From NCBI GenBank assembly GCA_028284765.1, contig JANQRA010000002.1, positions 179,832-243,831 on the forward strand: 64,000 nucleotides of DNA, read 5' to 3'. Of the stretch, positions 44,785 to 54,165 are shown piece by piece. The translations under genes were made by a program, and so were the position numbers. The notes under the pieces were generated by a model, which did no database searches, had not been told where the DNA came from, and saw nothing but the letters and a program-made list of their open reading frames with translations. Origin of the DNA: Acidimicrobiia bacterium. Its GTDB lineage: Bacteria; Actinomycetota; Acidimicrobiia; Spongiisociales; ZC4RG35. The stretch's first letter is position 1. The number at the start of each line of letters is the position of its first letter.

Positions 44785-45903
44785 TCATTCCGCTAGGGCC
44801 GGGTATCTATCGAGAGGCACCATGTCTTCGAATCGGGCCTGTAGTCCTTGGAGAACCGCCCGAACGGTGCCGGATATCGGACCCAAGAGGTCGAGCTCAT
44901 CGGCGGAGTTGCAGAAGCCCGTCCACAACGTCGCTTGATGACGTCGTCGCTTCACCTCATGTTCACCCTGAAAAGTGCCGGCGAGCATCGGCTCGAAGGA
45001 CTGACGCCAACTCCCCGCGATGCGATTCAGCGCCCAGTGTGCTGTCCCCATCATCAGGTACTCGATGAAGATGTCGTCTTCGATTTCCGGCCAGAAGTCA
45101 GCCGCGGCGGACCGATAGGAGTTCTCGAAGAGCTGCGCATCAGAAGGTTCCATCCAGGCTGCGTCCCAGGTCTGTGGGAAACCTCCTCTTGCTCCCCCGA
45201 GGTCACACATGGCATTGAGGTAGACGCCGAACTCGAAGTCGATCATGTGCATCTCAGGCCCGACGAGGAAGTTCTGAGGCCCTGCATCGGCATGGATCAA
45301 CGTGCGAAAGAGTGGACCGTCGTGTATCGCCGCTTCCAACTGTTCAACCTGAGCCCAAAAGTCTGGATGAATGTCGAGCCCGAGGGCATCAAAGAACGCT
45401 AGGAACAGGTCTCGGCGCTCCACCCGGAAGTCGACAGTCGAATCAGATCTCGGAGACAAGACTCCCCTGGAGCTTTGAAGCTTCAGAAACTCCTCTTCCC
45501 TTTCAGCCCCCGCCGCATGCATCCGGGCCAGAGCCTCGCCCGCCTGTTCGAGCATCCCGCGACCGTCCTCTGTCTCCGGGTCAAGGAGAGCTCTTTCAAC
45601 CGTCGATCGATCCCCAAGATCCTCGATCACGATGAGACTCGCCGCGCGGTCAGCCGCCAGGAGTTTGGGCGCCACCTTTCCTCCGAGATGCTCGAGGACA
45701 CACCATTCGTTCAACAGCTGCTCCGACTCATCTCCTTCGCCACGGTTCCACTCGGTCATCGTCACCCGCTTAACCACAACTGTGGCGCCGTCCTCGGTCG
45801 CCGCCCTGAAGACCAGATTCGGGCTTTCGAGCTTTTGCGGCTCCGACAGCTCAGCACCCAAGGCACGGCCAGCAGCCTGAAGAACGTCACGATCGACTTC
45901 CAT
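44785..45903 (-). CDS. Phosphotransferase-family (APH/choline-kinase-like) small-molecule kinase
   Basis: Start at the internal MEVDRD… Brenner-like HADAGPQNFLV and IDFEFG catalytic motifs. The track ORF extension upstream of 45903 overlaps the divergent lipoprotein gene and is rejected. Confidence 0.7.
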   Translation of the reverse strand: MEVDRDVLQAAGRALGAELSEPQKLESPNLVFRAATEDGATVVVKRVTMTEWNRGEGDESEQLLNEWCVLEHLGGKVAPKLLAADRAASLIVIEDLGDRSTVERALLDPETEDGRGMLEQAGEALARMHAAGAEREEEFLKLQSSRGVLSPRSDSTVDFRVERRDLFLAFFDALGLDIHPDFWAQVEQLEAAIHDGPLFRTLIHADAGPQNFLVGPEMHMIDFEFGVYLNAMCDLGGARGGFPQTWDAAWMEPSDAQLFENSYRSAAADFWPEIEDDIFIEYLMMGTAHWALNRIAGSWRQSFEPMLAGTFQGEHEVKRRRHQATLWTGFCNSADELDLLGPISGTVRAVLQGLQARFEDMVPLDRYPALAE

Positions 45904-45969
45904 CGCACCAATACTTAGCGTGAACCAACAGTGGGGCAAATAGGAAGCAACTGCCCTTAGGGTTCGAGG

Positions 45970-46608
45970 GTGCGAAGGCTCGCGTTTCTGTCCGTCGTCG
46001 TTCTCACCGCTGCGGCGTGCGGTGGGTCTGACGGAGAAAGCACCACCACAACCACGGAGCCTGCCACTTCGACAACTGCCGAGTCGACCGTATCGACCAC
46101 CGTGGCCGATGCCACAACAACGACGGCTGCCACCACTGGTTCTGGAGGCCAACTCGTCGTCACCACTGTCAGCTTCGGTGCCAGCCCCTACGTAGTGATC
46201 ACCAACATCGGAGATGAGACGGGCTCTCTCGCCGGCCACTTCCTCTGCCAGCGGCCTTCGTATGCCGGACTGCCCGATGACGACGTGGCAGCTGGGGAGG
46301 CAATCGCCTTCAGTCTCGGCGGAGACGGTTTCACACCCCCCGAGGGCGTTACCGCTTCGGATGAAGTGCTCGACCTTGGGGGCCTGTCCAACACCGGTGG
46401 TGAGATCGGGCTATACACCTCGTCGGACTTCAGTAGTTCGGACGACATCATCAGTTACGTCGAATGGGGCAGCGGAGATCACGGCCGGTCGGCAACGGCA
46501 GTCGCCGCGGGCATCTGGGGAGGGTTCGTCCCCACTACCGACGCGACGCTCTCACTCGTAGCCCAGACGCTCCCTGCGCTCAGCGCAGACGATTGGGGCG
46601 AGGGCTAA
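45970..46608 (+). CDS. Secreted lipoprotein with a Thr-rich linker and a lamin-tail-like (LTD) domain
   Basis: MRRLAFLSVVVLTAAACGG lipobox. VVITNIGDETGSLAGHFL resembles the LTD core. Confidence 0.5.
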   Translation: MRRLAFLSVVVLTAAACGGSDGESTTTTTEPATSTTAESTVSTTVADATTTTAATTGSGGQLVVTTVSFGASPYVVITNIGDETGSLAGHFLCQRPSYAGLPDDDVAAGEAIAFSLGGDGFTPPEGVTASDEVLDLGGLSNTGGEIGLYTSSDFSSSDDIISYVEWGSGDHGRSATAVAAGIWGGFVPTTDATLSLVAQTLPALSADDWGEG

Positions 46609-46997
46609 AGGTCGAACCCGTAAGGCAGCAACTCCTCGAAACCGTGCTCTCGAACCTCTGAGCCCGGACCGGCAGTGACCAGCACGGTCTCAACACCGAA
46701 CTCCGACATGATTTGCCGGCAACGACCACAGGGGTAGGCGCCATCGACGTCCGTGGCGTCAATACATGCGACGGCAACGGTTGTCATCTTCCTAACCCCC
46801 TTGGAGGCGGCGGCAGCAATGGCTGTGGCCTCAGCACAAGAAGTGGCAGGAAACGCTGCGTTCTCGATATTGGCCCCCGACACGACCTCACCGTCTTCGG
46901 ACACCACAACAGCCCCAACCCGGAAGTTCGAATAGGGCGAGTATGAGTACTCGGCCGCTTCCCTCGCAGCCGCAACCAACTCTTCGTTGTTCATCAT
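46605..46997 (-). CDS. cdd: Cytidine deaminase
   Basis: 130 aa with CAE…PCGRCRQ zinc motifs, homotetrameric type. Confidence 0.88.
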   Translation of the reverse strand: MMNNEELVAAAREAAEYSYSPYSNFRVGAVVVSEDGEVVSGANIENAAFPATSCAEATAIAAAASKGVRKMTTVAVACIDATDVDGAYPCGRCRQIMSEFGVETVLVTAGPGSEVREHGFEELLPYGFDL

Positions 46998-47959
46998 GCC
47001 TCCAGGAGGTCGGACACGAACTGTGCCGGCTGGAACTCAACCAGGTCGTCCACGCCTTCTCCCAGCCCAACGTACTTGACGGGGACTCCGAGACGTCTCT
47101 CGACCGCGACAACGATTCCACCCCTGGCCGTACCGTCCAACTTGGTGAGGACGATCCCAGTGAGATTCACTACGTCGGCAAAAGCCTCGACCTGCGCCAA
47201 CCCGTTCTGGCCGGCGGAGGCGTCGAGAACGATGAGTACTTCTGAAATCTCGTCTCCGCCTGCCACTCGATAGATCTTTGCCAGCTCGGCCATGAGGTTC
47301 TTTTTGGCTTGGAGACGCCCAGCGGTGTCGATGATCGCCACGTCGTAGGACCCGGCACGCCCCGCTTCAAGAGTGTCATAGGCGACGGAGGCCGGATCAC
47401 CACCCTCTGACCCCACCACAACCCGTGCGCCGAGACGCTCACCCCAAGTCTGAAGTTGCTCACCCGCTGCGGCTCGAAAAGTGTCACCCGCACCGAGAAT
47501 CACCTTCTTGCCGCCGTCTATCTGATGCTTGGCCAACTTCGCAATCGATGTGGTCTTTCCGGACCCGTTGACACCCACAACCAACACAACGGCTGGCTCG
47601 CCGGTCAGGTGCATGGAACGGTCCTTCCCTGCGAACTCAGACAGAAGTTCGGTCTGAAGAGCATCGAGTGCTTCCTCGGCAGAATCGGGCGAGTGCGTTC
47701 TCGTCCGGTCGATCAACTCGTCGGTCAACTCGACGCCGACGTCAGCGGACAAAAGGATCTCCTCAAGGCTCTCCCAGGAGCCTTGGTCGACCTTGCCGGA
47801 GAAGGCATTGCGGATTGCCGAGCCGAGCGAGAAAGGGCGCCGCTCGGTTGCGATCGGAGTTGTGGAGTCGAGGTCGCTGCGACGGGTGACAGCCACCACC
47901 ACGGCAGCCACCACGAGCACCACAACCAGACCGAGGATGATGAGTGTCGTGGTGTCCAT
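46994..47959 (-). CDS. ftsY: Signal recognition particle receptor FtsY
   Basis: NG domain with GVNGSGKTTSIAKLA, DTAGR and an N-terminal TM/acidic region. Confidence 0.93.
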   Translation of the reverse strand: MDTTTLIILGLVVVLVVAAVVVAVTRRSDLDSTTPIATERRPFSLGSAIRNAFSGKVDQGSWESLEEILLSADVGVELTDELIDRTRTHSPDSAEEALDALQTELLSEFAGKDRSMHLTGEPAVVLVVGVNGSGKTTSIAKLAKHQIDGGKKVILGAGDTFRAAAGEQLQTWGERLGARVVVGSEGGDPASVAYDTLEAGRAGSYDVAIIDTAGRLQAKKNLMAELAKIYRVAGGDEISEVLIVLDASAGQNGLAQVEAFADVVNLTGIVLTKLDGTARGGIVVAVERRLGVPVKYVGLGEGVDDLVEFQPAQFVSDLLEA

Positions 47960-47969
47960 AGGCCCGACG

Positions 47970-50900
47970 CTAGGCGACCTGATCCACCTTCACATCCGCC
48001 GACGACATGTCCTTACGTACCGCCTTTGAGGACCCGCCCGGCTCCATCGTCACCCCATAGAGGACGTCTGCGGCCTCCATCGTTTGCTGCTGATGCGTGA
48101 CGATTATCAGCTGAGCTCGATTGCGGAACTCGTCGACAATGCGCAAGAACCGCCTGAGGTTGGCGTCGTCAAGGGCGGCTTCGACCTCGTCGAGCACGTA
48201 GAAGGGTGATGGCCGAGCATCGAAGATGGCAAACAAGAACGCCAGAGCAGCGAGGCTCCTCTCGCCACCGGACAGAAGAGTCATTTGGGAGACCTTCTTC
48301 CCCAGCGGTTGAGCATCGATCAACACACCGGACTCAGGATCGTCCTTGTCAGCGAGACGGACTCTTCCTCGCCCACCCGGGAACAAGACCTGGAAGTACT
48401 TCTCGTAGGCCTCCGAAACTTCGGCGAACGCAGAGTCGAACCGCTCCTGAATCTCGACCTCCAAGGCTGCAATCACCTTACGAAGCTCAGCCCGCGACTC
48501 TTCGACGTCGGCCTTCTGAGCTGCCAGGAAATCGTGCCGTTCTTCGAGCTCTCGGTACTCCTTGGCGGCCAGGGGGTTGATGGGTCCCAGCCGACGAAGC
48601 TGAGTGACCAGAGTCTCCATTGTCTCTTCGAGATCGGCATCCTCAGGAAGCTCGGGTCGAGGGGCCTCCATGGCTGCTTCTACGTCGCCATCCGCATCTC
48701 TTCTGATTGCCTCGACCACGGACTCCCGACGCATACGCAGCTCGGTGAGCTTGATGTCCAGCTCTGCGATCCTTGCTCTGCTCTCGGAGATTCCACTGGT
48801 TCTGGATTCGTGGTCGGAACGCACTGACTCGAGATCGGTCTTGGCCGTGGCAAGCGTCTCCCTCAACTCGCCCTGCCGTTCCCGCAGCTCAACCAGACGG
48901 TTGTCGAGAATCGCCTTCGCCCGTTTGGAGAACCTGACTACTCGTTCGAGACGCACTGGGTCGACATTTGCGGTCGCACCACCTTCGAGACGTTCAATCT
49001 CGGACTTGATGGCGGCCAGCCGGTCGTCGAACAGACGCTTCCTCTCTACTTCGGCGCGGTGGGCGGTGGCCAATTCCTGCCACTCGGAACGGGCCGTCTC
49101 TCGCTCTGCGGCGACCCTGACCCTGCGCGCTTCGAGGTCTTCCCAAACCCGGACTCGCTCTGCTTCTTCCCCTTCGAGAGACCGGAGACGCTCATCGAGA
49201 AGGACAGCTTGTGCCTCGCCCGATTCGATCGATTCGGAGAGAGCAGATCGGCGCTGCGACAGACGCTCTTGCTCTGCGTCCATTGCCGAAACCGAACGTT
49301 CGAGACGTGACATCGCTTCGGTCAATCCGGCAAGGTGCGACTCTGCCATCTCGAGTTGCTCGAGCGCGTGTCGCTCATCGTCTCGACTGCGATCGAAGTC
49401 GCGTTGGGCCGAAGTGTGAATGGAGGATGCTCGGGCGAACTCGGTTGTCGCTCGCTCCAGTGCAACCTCAGCCGACTCCCGCATCGCTGAGCCAGCACCG
49501 TCGGGGTCGGCGATGCTGATTCCGTGAGCTGAAATGACGTCGCCCTCCGGCGTCACAGCTCGGAGTCCTGGGTACCTCGTGACGAGATCCCACCCACTGC
49601 TCCACCCTTCGACAATCGCCACGTTGTCCAAAAACCTCGCCGCCAGAGCCTGGTTGTGATTGGGCCCGAGCCGAGCGATCAGTGGTTCAACGCCTACAAG
49701 CTCATCCATCGAGAAGACAGGCTCCGAGTCAGCTGAAACACCGGTCACCGAGCCGCCGCCGCTGCGCTTCACCGACTCCACGGCGTCGACGAGCGATTCC
49801 GATGATTCGAACGCCACTGCATCGGCCCAGACACCGAGTGCAGCGCTGACAGCTGCCTCCAGGCCTTCGGGGATGTCCAGCTGCGAGGTGACAGTCCCGA
49901 GGGCACCTGACGCTGATTCAACAATCTGTCGGGAGGCGCTGTCGTATCGGCCTTCGATGGCTGCCGCAACTGCGTCGAGACGAGCATCGGAAGTGGCCTT
50001 GGAGATACGTGCTGCTTCGAGCGCTGACTCGGCCTCAGCCCAGGCATCTTGGAGTCGAGTCCGACCCTTCGATTTGTCGTCGTAGGAGGCCTGCAGATCT
50101 CCAATGCTCGAGTCCGCCTGCTTGATTTCACCGTTCAGAGTCTCGATCTGGTTCTTTTCGTCGGCGATGCGTGCGGTCAGGACCTCAAGCCGATGATCGA
50201 TGGTTTCCGTTTCGCGACGATCGCGGATCAACGAGGAGCGAAGCGCACTCAGTTCTCCCCTGGCTGCCGCTACTGCGCCTTCAGGTGACAGCGAGTTTTG
50301 CGTGGCCAAGCCGGTCTCTTCGTCCTCGAGACGGCGGAACCTCGCCTCAGCAGCTTCGACCTCGGCCTGCTTGTTGTCTATCTCAGACTCGATCTCTGCC
50401 AGTCGCGAGCGGATCGACTCTTGCTCCTCGCTGAGATCAGCGCGCCGCTCAACGACGGCTTCCTGTCGACCGCTCAATGCTCTACTTCGTTCGCCAGCAA
50501 TGGATCCGACTCTGAGCAACCGCTCACTTGTCGTCTCGAGCAGTGCGGCAGCCGAAGTGTCCCGGTCGAGCAGCCCGCCGGTTCTGGATACCGCCTGAGA
50601 GAGATCTTCGAGCCGTTCGGCCAGGACTGTCACCCGTTTCGAATCGACCTCGATCCCTTCGGAGAGGATTGACTTCTCAGAAGTTGCAATCGTCAGGTCG
50701 CGATTGATCTCGGCGAGTTGCTTTCCTCCCAAGTACAGCCGCAGCGCTGTGACCTGGGACTTGAGCCCTTCGTACCGCTCCGCAGCCCGGGCCTGACGTT
50801 TCAGTGGCCGCATCTGCCTAGCGATCTCCCCAAGCAAATCCTCCAACCGCAGCATGTCTTCATCGGTTCGCTCGAGCCGTCGTTCAGACCTCTCTTTGCG

Positions 50901-51416
50901 GCGGCGATGCTTGAGAATCCCTGCCGCCTCTTCGACGACGGCCCTGTGCTCCTCCGGCGAAGCGTTGAGAACTCTCCCGATCTCGCCCTGCCCGATGATC
51001 ACGTGCTGATGGCGACCGACGCCTGAGTCGGACAAAAGATCCTGGATGTCGATCAGGCGGCAGCCAACACCGTTGAGTTCATAGTCGGAAGACCCGTCGC
51101 GATACAGACGACGGGTGATAGCGATCTCGTCGAGATCGAGATCCAAACGCCGCTCCGAGTTATCGACCACGAGGGTGGCTTCGGCCTTGCCCAGGGAAGG
51201 TCGAGTCGCCGTCCCGGCAAAAATCACATCCTCCATCCTCTGTGTGCGCAGCGTCTTGGTCGATTGAGTCCCAAGGACCCAGGACAAAGCGTCCACGAGG
51301 TTGGACTTGCCAGACCCGTTAGGACCGACGACCACCGTCACACCGGGGCGGAATTCGAGCCTGGCCCTGTCGGCGAACGACTTGAACCCGGCCAGTTTCA
51401 GAGACTTGAGATACAC
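47970..51416 (-). CDS. smc: Chromosome segregation protein SMC
   Basis: 1148 aa with an N-terminal Walker A GPNGSGKSN, long coiled coils, a hinge and a C-terminal LSGGE…DE. Confidence 0.95.
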   Translation of the reverse strand: MYLKSLKLAGFKSFADRARLEFRPGVTVVVGPNGSGKSNLVDALSWVLGTQSTKTLRTQRMEDVIFAGTATRPSLGKAEATLVVDNSERRLDLDLDEIAITRRLYRDGSSDYELNGVGCRLIDIQDLLSDSGVGRHQHVIIGQGEIGRVLNASPEEHRAVVEEAAGILKHRRRKERSERRLERTDEDMLRLEDLLGEIARQMRPLKRQARAAERYEGLKSQVTALRLYLGGKQLAEINRDLTIATSEKSILSEGIEVDSKRVTVLAERLEDLSQAVSRTGGLLDRDTSAAALLETTSERLLRVGSIAGERSRALSGRQEAVVERRADLSEEQESIRSRLAEIESEIDNKQAEVEAAEARFRRLEDEETGLATQNSLSPEGAVAAARGELSALRSSLIRDRRETETIDHRLEVLTARIADEKNQIETLNGEIKQADSSIGDLQASYDDKSKGRTRLQDAWAEAESALEAARISKATSDARLDAVAAAIEGRYDSASRQIVESASGALGTVTSQLDIPEGLEAAVSAALGVWADAVAFESSESLVDAVESVKRSGGGSVTGVSADSEPVFSMDELVGVEPLIARLGPNHNQALAARFLDNVAIVEGWSSGWDLVTRYPGLRAVTPEGDVISAHGISIADPDGAGSAMRESAEVALERATTEFARASSIHTSAQRDFDRSRDDERHALEQLEMAESHLAGLTEAMSRLERSVSAMDAEQERLSQRRSALSESIESGEAQAVLLDERLRSLEGEEAERVRVWEDLEARRVRVAAERETARSEWQELATAHRAEVERKRLFDDRLAAIKSEIERLEGGATANVDPVRLERVVRFSKRAKAILDNRLVELRERQGELRETLATAKTDLESVRSDHESRTSGISESRARIAELDIKLTELRMRRESVVEAIRRDADGDVEAAMEAPRPELPEDADLEETMETLVTQLRRLGPINPLAAKEYRELEERHDFLAAQKADVEESRAELRKVIAALEVEIQERFDSAFAEVSEAYEKYFQVLFPGGRGRVRLADKDDPESGVLIDAQPLGKKVSQMTLLSGGERSLAALAFLFAIFDARPSPFYVLDEVEAALDDANLRRFLRIVDEFRNRAQLIIVTHQQQTMEAADVLYGVTMEPGGSSKAVRKDMSSADVKVDQVA

Positions 51417-51481
51417 AGCTGATTACCTGGCAAATGACAACGTTGTAATTGAGCGTTCAGGCTAACGCCGTACAGGTGTAT

Positions 51482-51784
51482 TCAGGTCTTTTCGTCGGGC
51501 TGGATGAAGAAATCGGTCAGCGTGTCGTCCATCGCGATGATCTCGGTTTCAACACCCGTGACGTGTGCCGATGATGAGCCCTGCCACAACCAGTCGATGA
51601 TCTGATTGACGGAGTCGTCAGCGCCCTGCGCATGCACTTCGACCCTGCCATCGCGACGATTGCGTACCCAGCCGACGAGATCGAGGCTTCTGGCCATGCG
51701 TCGACAAGCCTGCCGATAGCCGACCCCCTGCACTTGCCCGGTGACGAATCCATGTACAGCTTTTCTCAAGGGCGCTCCTGGCAT
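51482..51784 (-). CDS. acyP: Acylphosphatase
   Basis: VHGFVTGQVQGVGYR and GWVRNRRDGRVEV signatures. Start at an internal Met; the track ORF extension overlaps mutM. Confidence 0.8.
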   Translation of the reverse strand: MPGAPLRKAVHGFVTGQVQGVGYRQACRRMARSLDLVGWVRNRRDGRVEVHAQGADDSVNQIIDWLWQGSSSAHVTGVETEIIAMDDTLTDFFIQPDEKT

Positions 51785-52593
51785 CGCGGACAGAAGTGCG
51801 TCGATCTGGCTCTGACCACGATGCGCTCGATCGGCACACCGCACTCCTGACACGGCTCCCCTTCCCGGCCATAGACCGCCAAACGGTTGAGATTGTCACC
51901 TGCGCGGCCGTCAGGAAGGAGGTAAGCCAGATCGTCCAGAGTCGTCCCTCCGTTCTCGATAGCAATGGCCAGGACCTGCCTAGTTGACTTGACCATGTCG
52001 GTCACGTGGCCGATCGTCAGGTGCCTCCCAGGGCTCATTGGGTGAATCTTCGACTCGAAGAGCACTTCGTCGGCGTAGATGTTTCCCAGGCCAGAGATGA
52101 TTGTCTGATCGAGTAGCAGCGCCTTGATGGGAGCCGTTCGCCTCTGTAGTGAGCCATGGATAGCTTCAGCGTCGAGCTCTGTCTCCCAGGCGTCAGGACC
52201 TAGTCTGGAAAGGCCCGACCGCCCCAAATCGTCTTCGTCGTAGACCGCCACAAATCCGAAGGTGCGGGGATCGATAAAGGCCACCGAGGTCCGGTCGTCC
52301 AACTCGGCAAGAAAATGGGTATGCGGTTCGGGGTCAGCGTCCACGGCCCAGCGACCCGACATCCCGAGATGAGCGACCACAACTTGCCCGTCATCCAGTG
52401 GGATCCGTAGGAACTTTCCGTGACGCTGAACTGCCACTACTTGCCGCCCCTTCAGCCTCTCCCCTACCTCAGCTGGGGAGGTGTTGTGCCGAGAAGTCCT
52501 AGCGTGCAGCACCTCTACCTTCTCCATTCTGCGACCGGTCAGGACTGCGTCGAGGTGGCGACGAGTGATCTCGACTTCCGGAAGCTCGGGCAT
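51766..52593 (-). CDS. mutM: Formamidopyrimidine-DNA glycosylase
   Basis: MPELPEVE N-terminus and a C-terminal zinc finger, CQECGVPI…CPRCQ. Confidence 0.93.
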   Translation of the reverse strand: MPELPEVEITRRHLDAVLTGRRMEKVEVLHARTSRHNTSPAEVGERLKGRQVVAVQRHGKFLRIPLDDGQVVVAHLGMSGRWAVDADPEPHTHFLAELDDRTSVAFIDPRTFGFVAVYDEDDLGRSGLSRLGPDAWETELDAEAIHGSLQRRTAPIKALLLDQTIISGLGNIYADEVLFESKIHPMSPGRHLTIGHVTDMVKSTRQVLAIAIENGGTTLDDLAYLLPDGRAGDNLNRLAVYGREGEPCQECGVPIERIVVRARSTHFCPRCQERP

Positions 52594-52616
52594 AGCGGTT
52601 TACGGTAACGGCGCTC

Positions 52617-53558
52617 ATGCGCATAACTCCTAGGCCGTTTGGACAGATTCTCGGTGATGCCACCAATGCGCTTGCCCGGGTGTGGAAAGCGGTCTTGATA
52701 CCTGCCCTCATCGTCTCCATTCCCGCAGGGGTCATCACGATTGTGGCTTTTAGTGTCACTGGTGGCGACGAGTTCATGGAGCTCGCCCTCAACAACCCTG
52801 ACTTCTTCGAAACTCTGACGGACGAAGAACTCCTGGAGGTTCTCACCCCGTTCTACATCGCTGCCGGGATAGCCCTCGTAGTGCAGACGATCCTGTCAGT
52901 GATCCTGAACCTCGTCGCGGCCCGCGCTGTTGCTCTCGACATCACAGGAAACAGCACGACCGCTCGTGAGGTGATGGGGCAAGGCCTGAAGCGGACGCCT
53001 CGCGGCTTGGCGGCAGTTCTTGTGATCGGCGTCGGCCTGATCATTCTTTTCACCCTCGGTTTCTTCGTTTGGTCGGTTCCGTTCGTGTCGGTTGGCACCC
53101 CCAACACAGGTTCCGTACTAGTTGCAGCGCTTCTTTTTGTATTGCTGCTGGGGCCCGGGGTGTGGGCGACCATCTCGGTATCGGCGACGGTGGCGGCAAT
53201 CGGGATGGAAGAGGTCGGCGTCATGGACTCGATACAGCGTTCCATCAGGCTCGTGCGCGGGCGGTGGTGGGCGACAGCCGGCTATCTGCTGCTCGTAGGT
53301 CTCTTGGGCGGAATCGCTGTGCAGCTGATCCAGCTCATTGCGTTCCCCTTCGCGGCCGCCGGGTCAGGCGGGATCGCCGTCCTCATCGGGGCATTGCTCG
53401 GAATCGCTGCTCAGGGTGTGATCGTCGTTCTGATAGGCGTCGCGCATGCCCATTGGTACGTGGATCTGCGGGCGCGCCGGGAGGATCTGACTACTGAGGA
53501 CCTGGCAGGAGTCGGCCGAGAGCAACCGCCGCTGCCGCCTGCTCAGCCTCCTTCTTAG
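52617..53558 (+). CDS. Integral membrane protein of unknown function
   Basis: 313 aa with at least 6 hydrophobic helices. No recognisable catalytic motif. Confidence 0.5.
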   Translation: MRITPRPFGQILGDATNALARVWKAVLIPALIVSIPAGVITIVAFSVTGGDEFMELALNNPDFFETLTDEELLEVLTPFYIAAGIALVVQTILSVILNLVAARAVALDITGNSTTAREVMGQGLKRTPRGLAAVLVIGVGLIILFTLGFFVWSVPFVSVGTPNTGSVLVAALLFVLLLGPGVWATISVSATVAAIGMEEVGVMDSIQRSIRLVRGRWWATAGYLLLVGLLGGIAVQLIQLIAFPFAAAGSGGIAVLIGALLGIAAQGVIVVLIGVAHAHWYVDLRARREDLTTEDLAGVGREQPPLPPAQPPS

Positions 53559-54165
53559 ATCGCCCTTCGCCGGTTCCGTGTTCGATTCCCTTCACTGAAA
53601 CCACGGCAGTGAAGCGTCGGTCGTGATCAGGACCTTCCCCTTCAACTACATAGGTCGGTCTGAGACCGTCACGAGCGGTCAGCTCCTGAAGACGCGTTTT
53701 GTAGTCCTTTACTCCTGGCTGCTTGGCACGTTCCGACACTCGGTCCGTCCAGAGAGACAGCACCATCTTGCGCGCTGAGTCGAGGCCTCCATCGAGATAG
53801 ATGGCGCCGATCACTGCCTCAACGGCGTCGCCCAGAATCGATGCCTTCTCGCGACCCCCTGTCGCCACTTCACTCGAGGCGAGCTCGAGGTGCGAGCCGA
53901 GGTCCAACTCCACTGCTATCTCGGCAAGAGTGGGGCGAGACACCACCGCGGCACGAACCTTGGCCATCTGGCCCTCAGCGAGCTGCGGGAATCGGTCGTA
54001 AAGAAGATCAGTCACCACGAGCTGTAGAACTGCGTCGCCCAGGAACTCGAGACGCTCGTTGTCGTTGCGGGCGGGATCCTCTGAGCTGATGGAACGGTGG
54101 GTCAGAGCCAACTTCAGAAGGGCAGGCTGCTCGAATCGATACCCGAGCGCATCCTCAAGACTCAT
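53491..54165 (-). CDS. rnc: Ribonuclease III
   Basis: RNase III signature ERLEFLGDAV and a C-terminal dsRBD. Confidence 0.93.
   Translation of the reverse strand: MSLEDALGYRFEQPALLKLALTHRSISSEDPARNDNERLEFLGDAVLQLVVTDLLYDRFPQLAEGQMAKVRAAVVSRPTLAEIAVELDLGSHLELASSEVATGGREKASILGDAVEAVIGAIYLDGGLDSARKMVLSLWTDRVSERAKQPGVKDYKTRLQELTARDGLRPTYVVEGEGPDHDRRFTAVVSVKGIEHGTGEGRSKKEAEQAAAAVALGRLLPGPQ

Noticed and set aside
45904-46239. 112-aa N-terminal extension of the phosphotransferase ORF 44785..46239
   Set aside because: It overlaps the divergent lipoprotein gene (45970..46608) and is Arg/Gly/Cys-rich. An internal Met (MEVDRD…) gives a normal-length APH-family protein.
47970-51416. Multiple 100-270-aa plus-strand ORFs inside smc (for example 48604..49419, 49660..50085 and 50200..50598)
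   Set aside because: All are antisense to a well-supported 1148-aa SMC gene. Their Ser/Arg/Ala-rich low-complexity translations are characteristic of GC-rich antisense frames.
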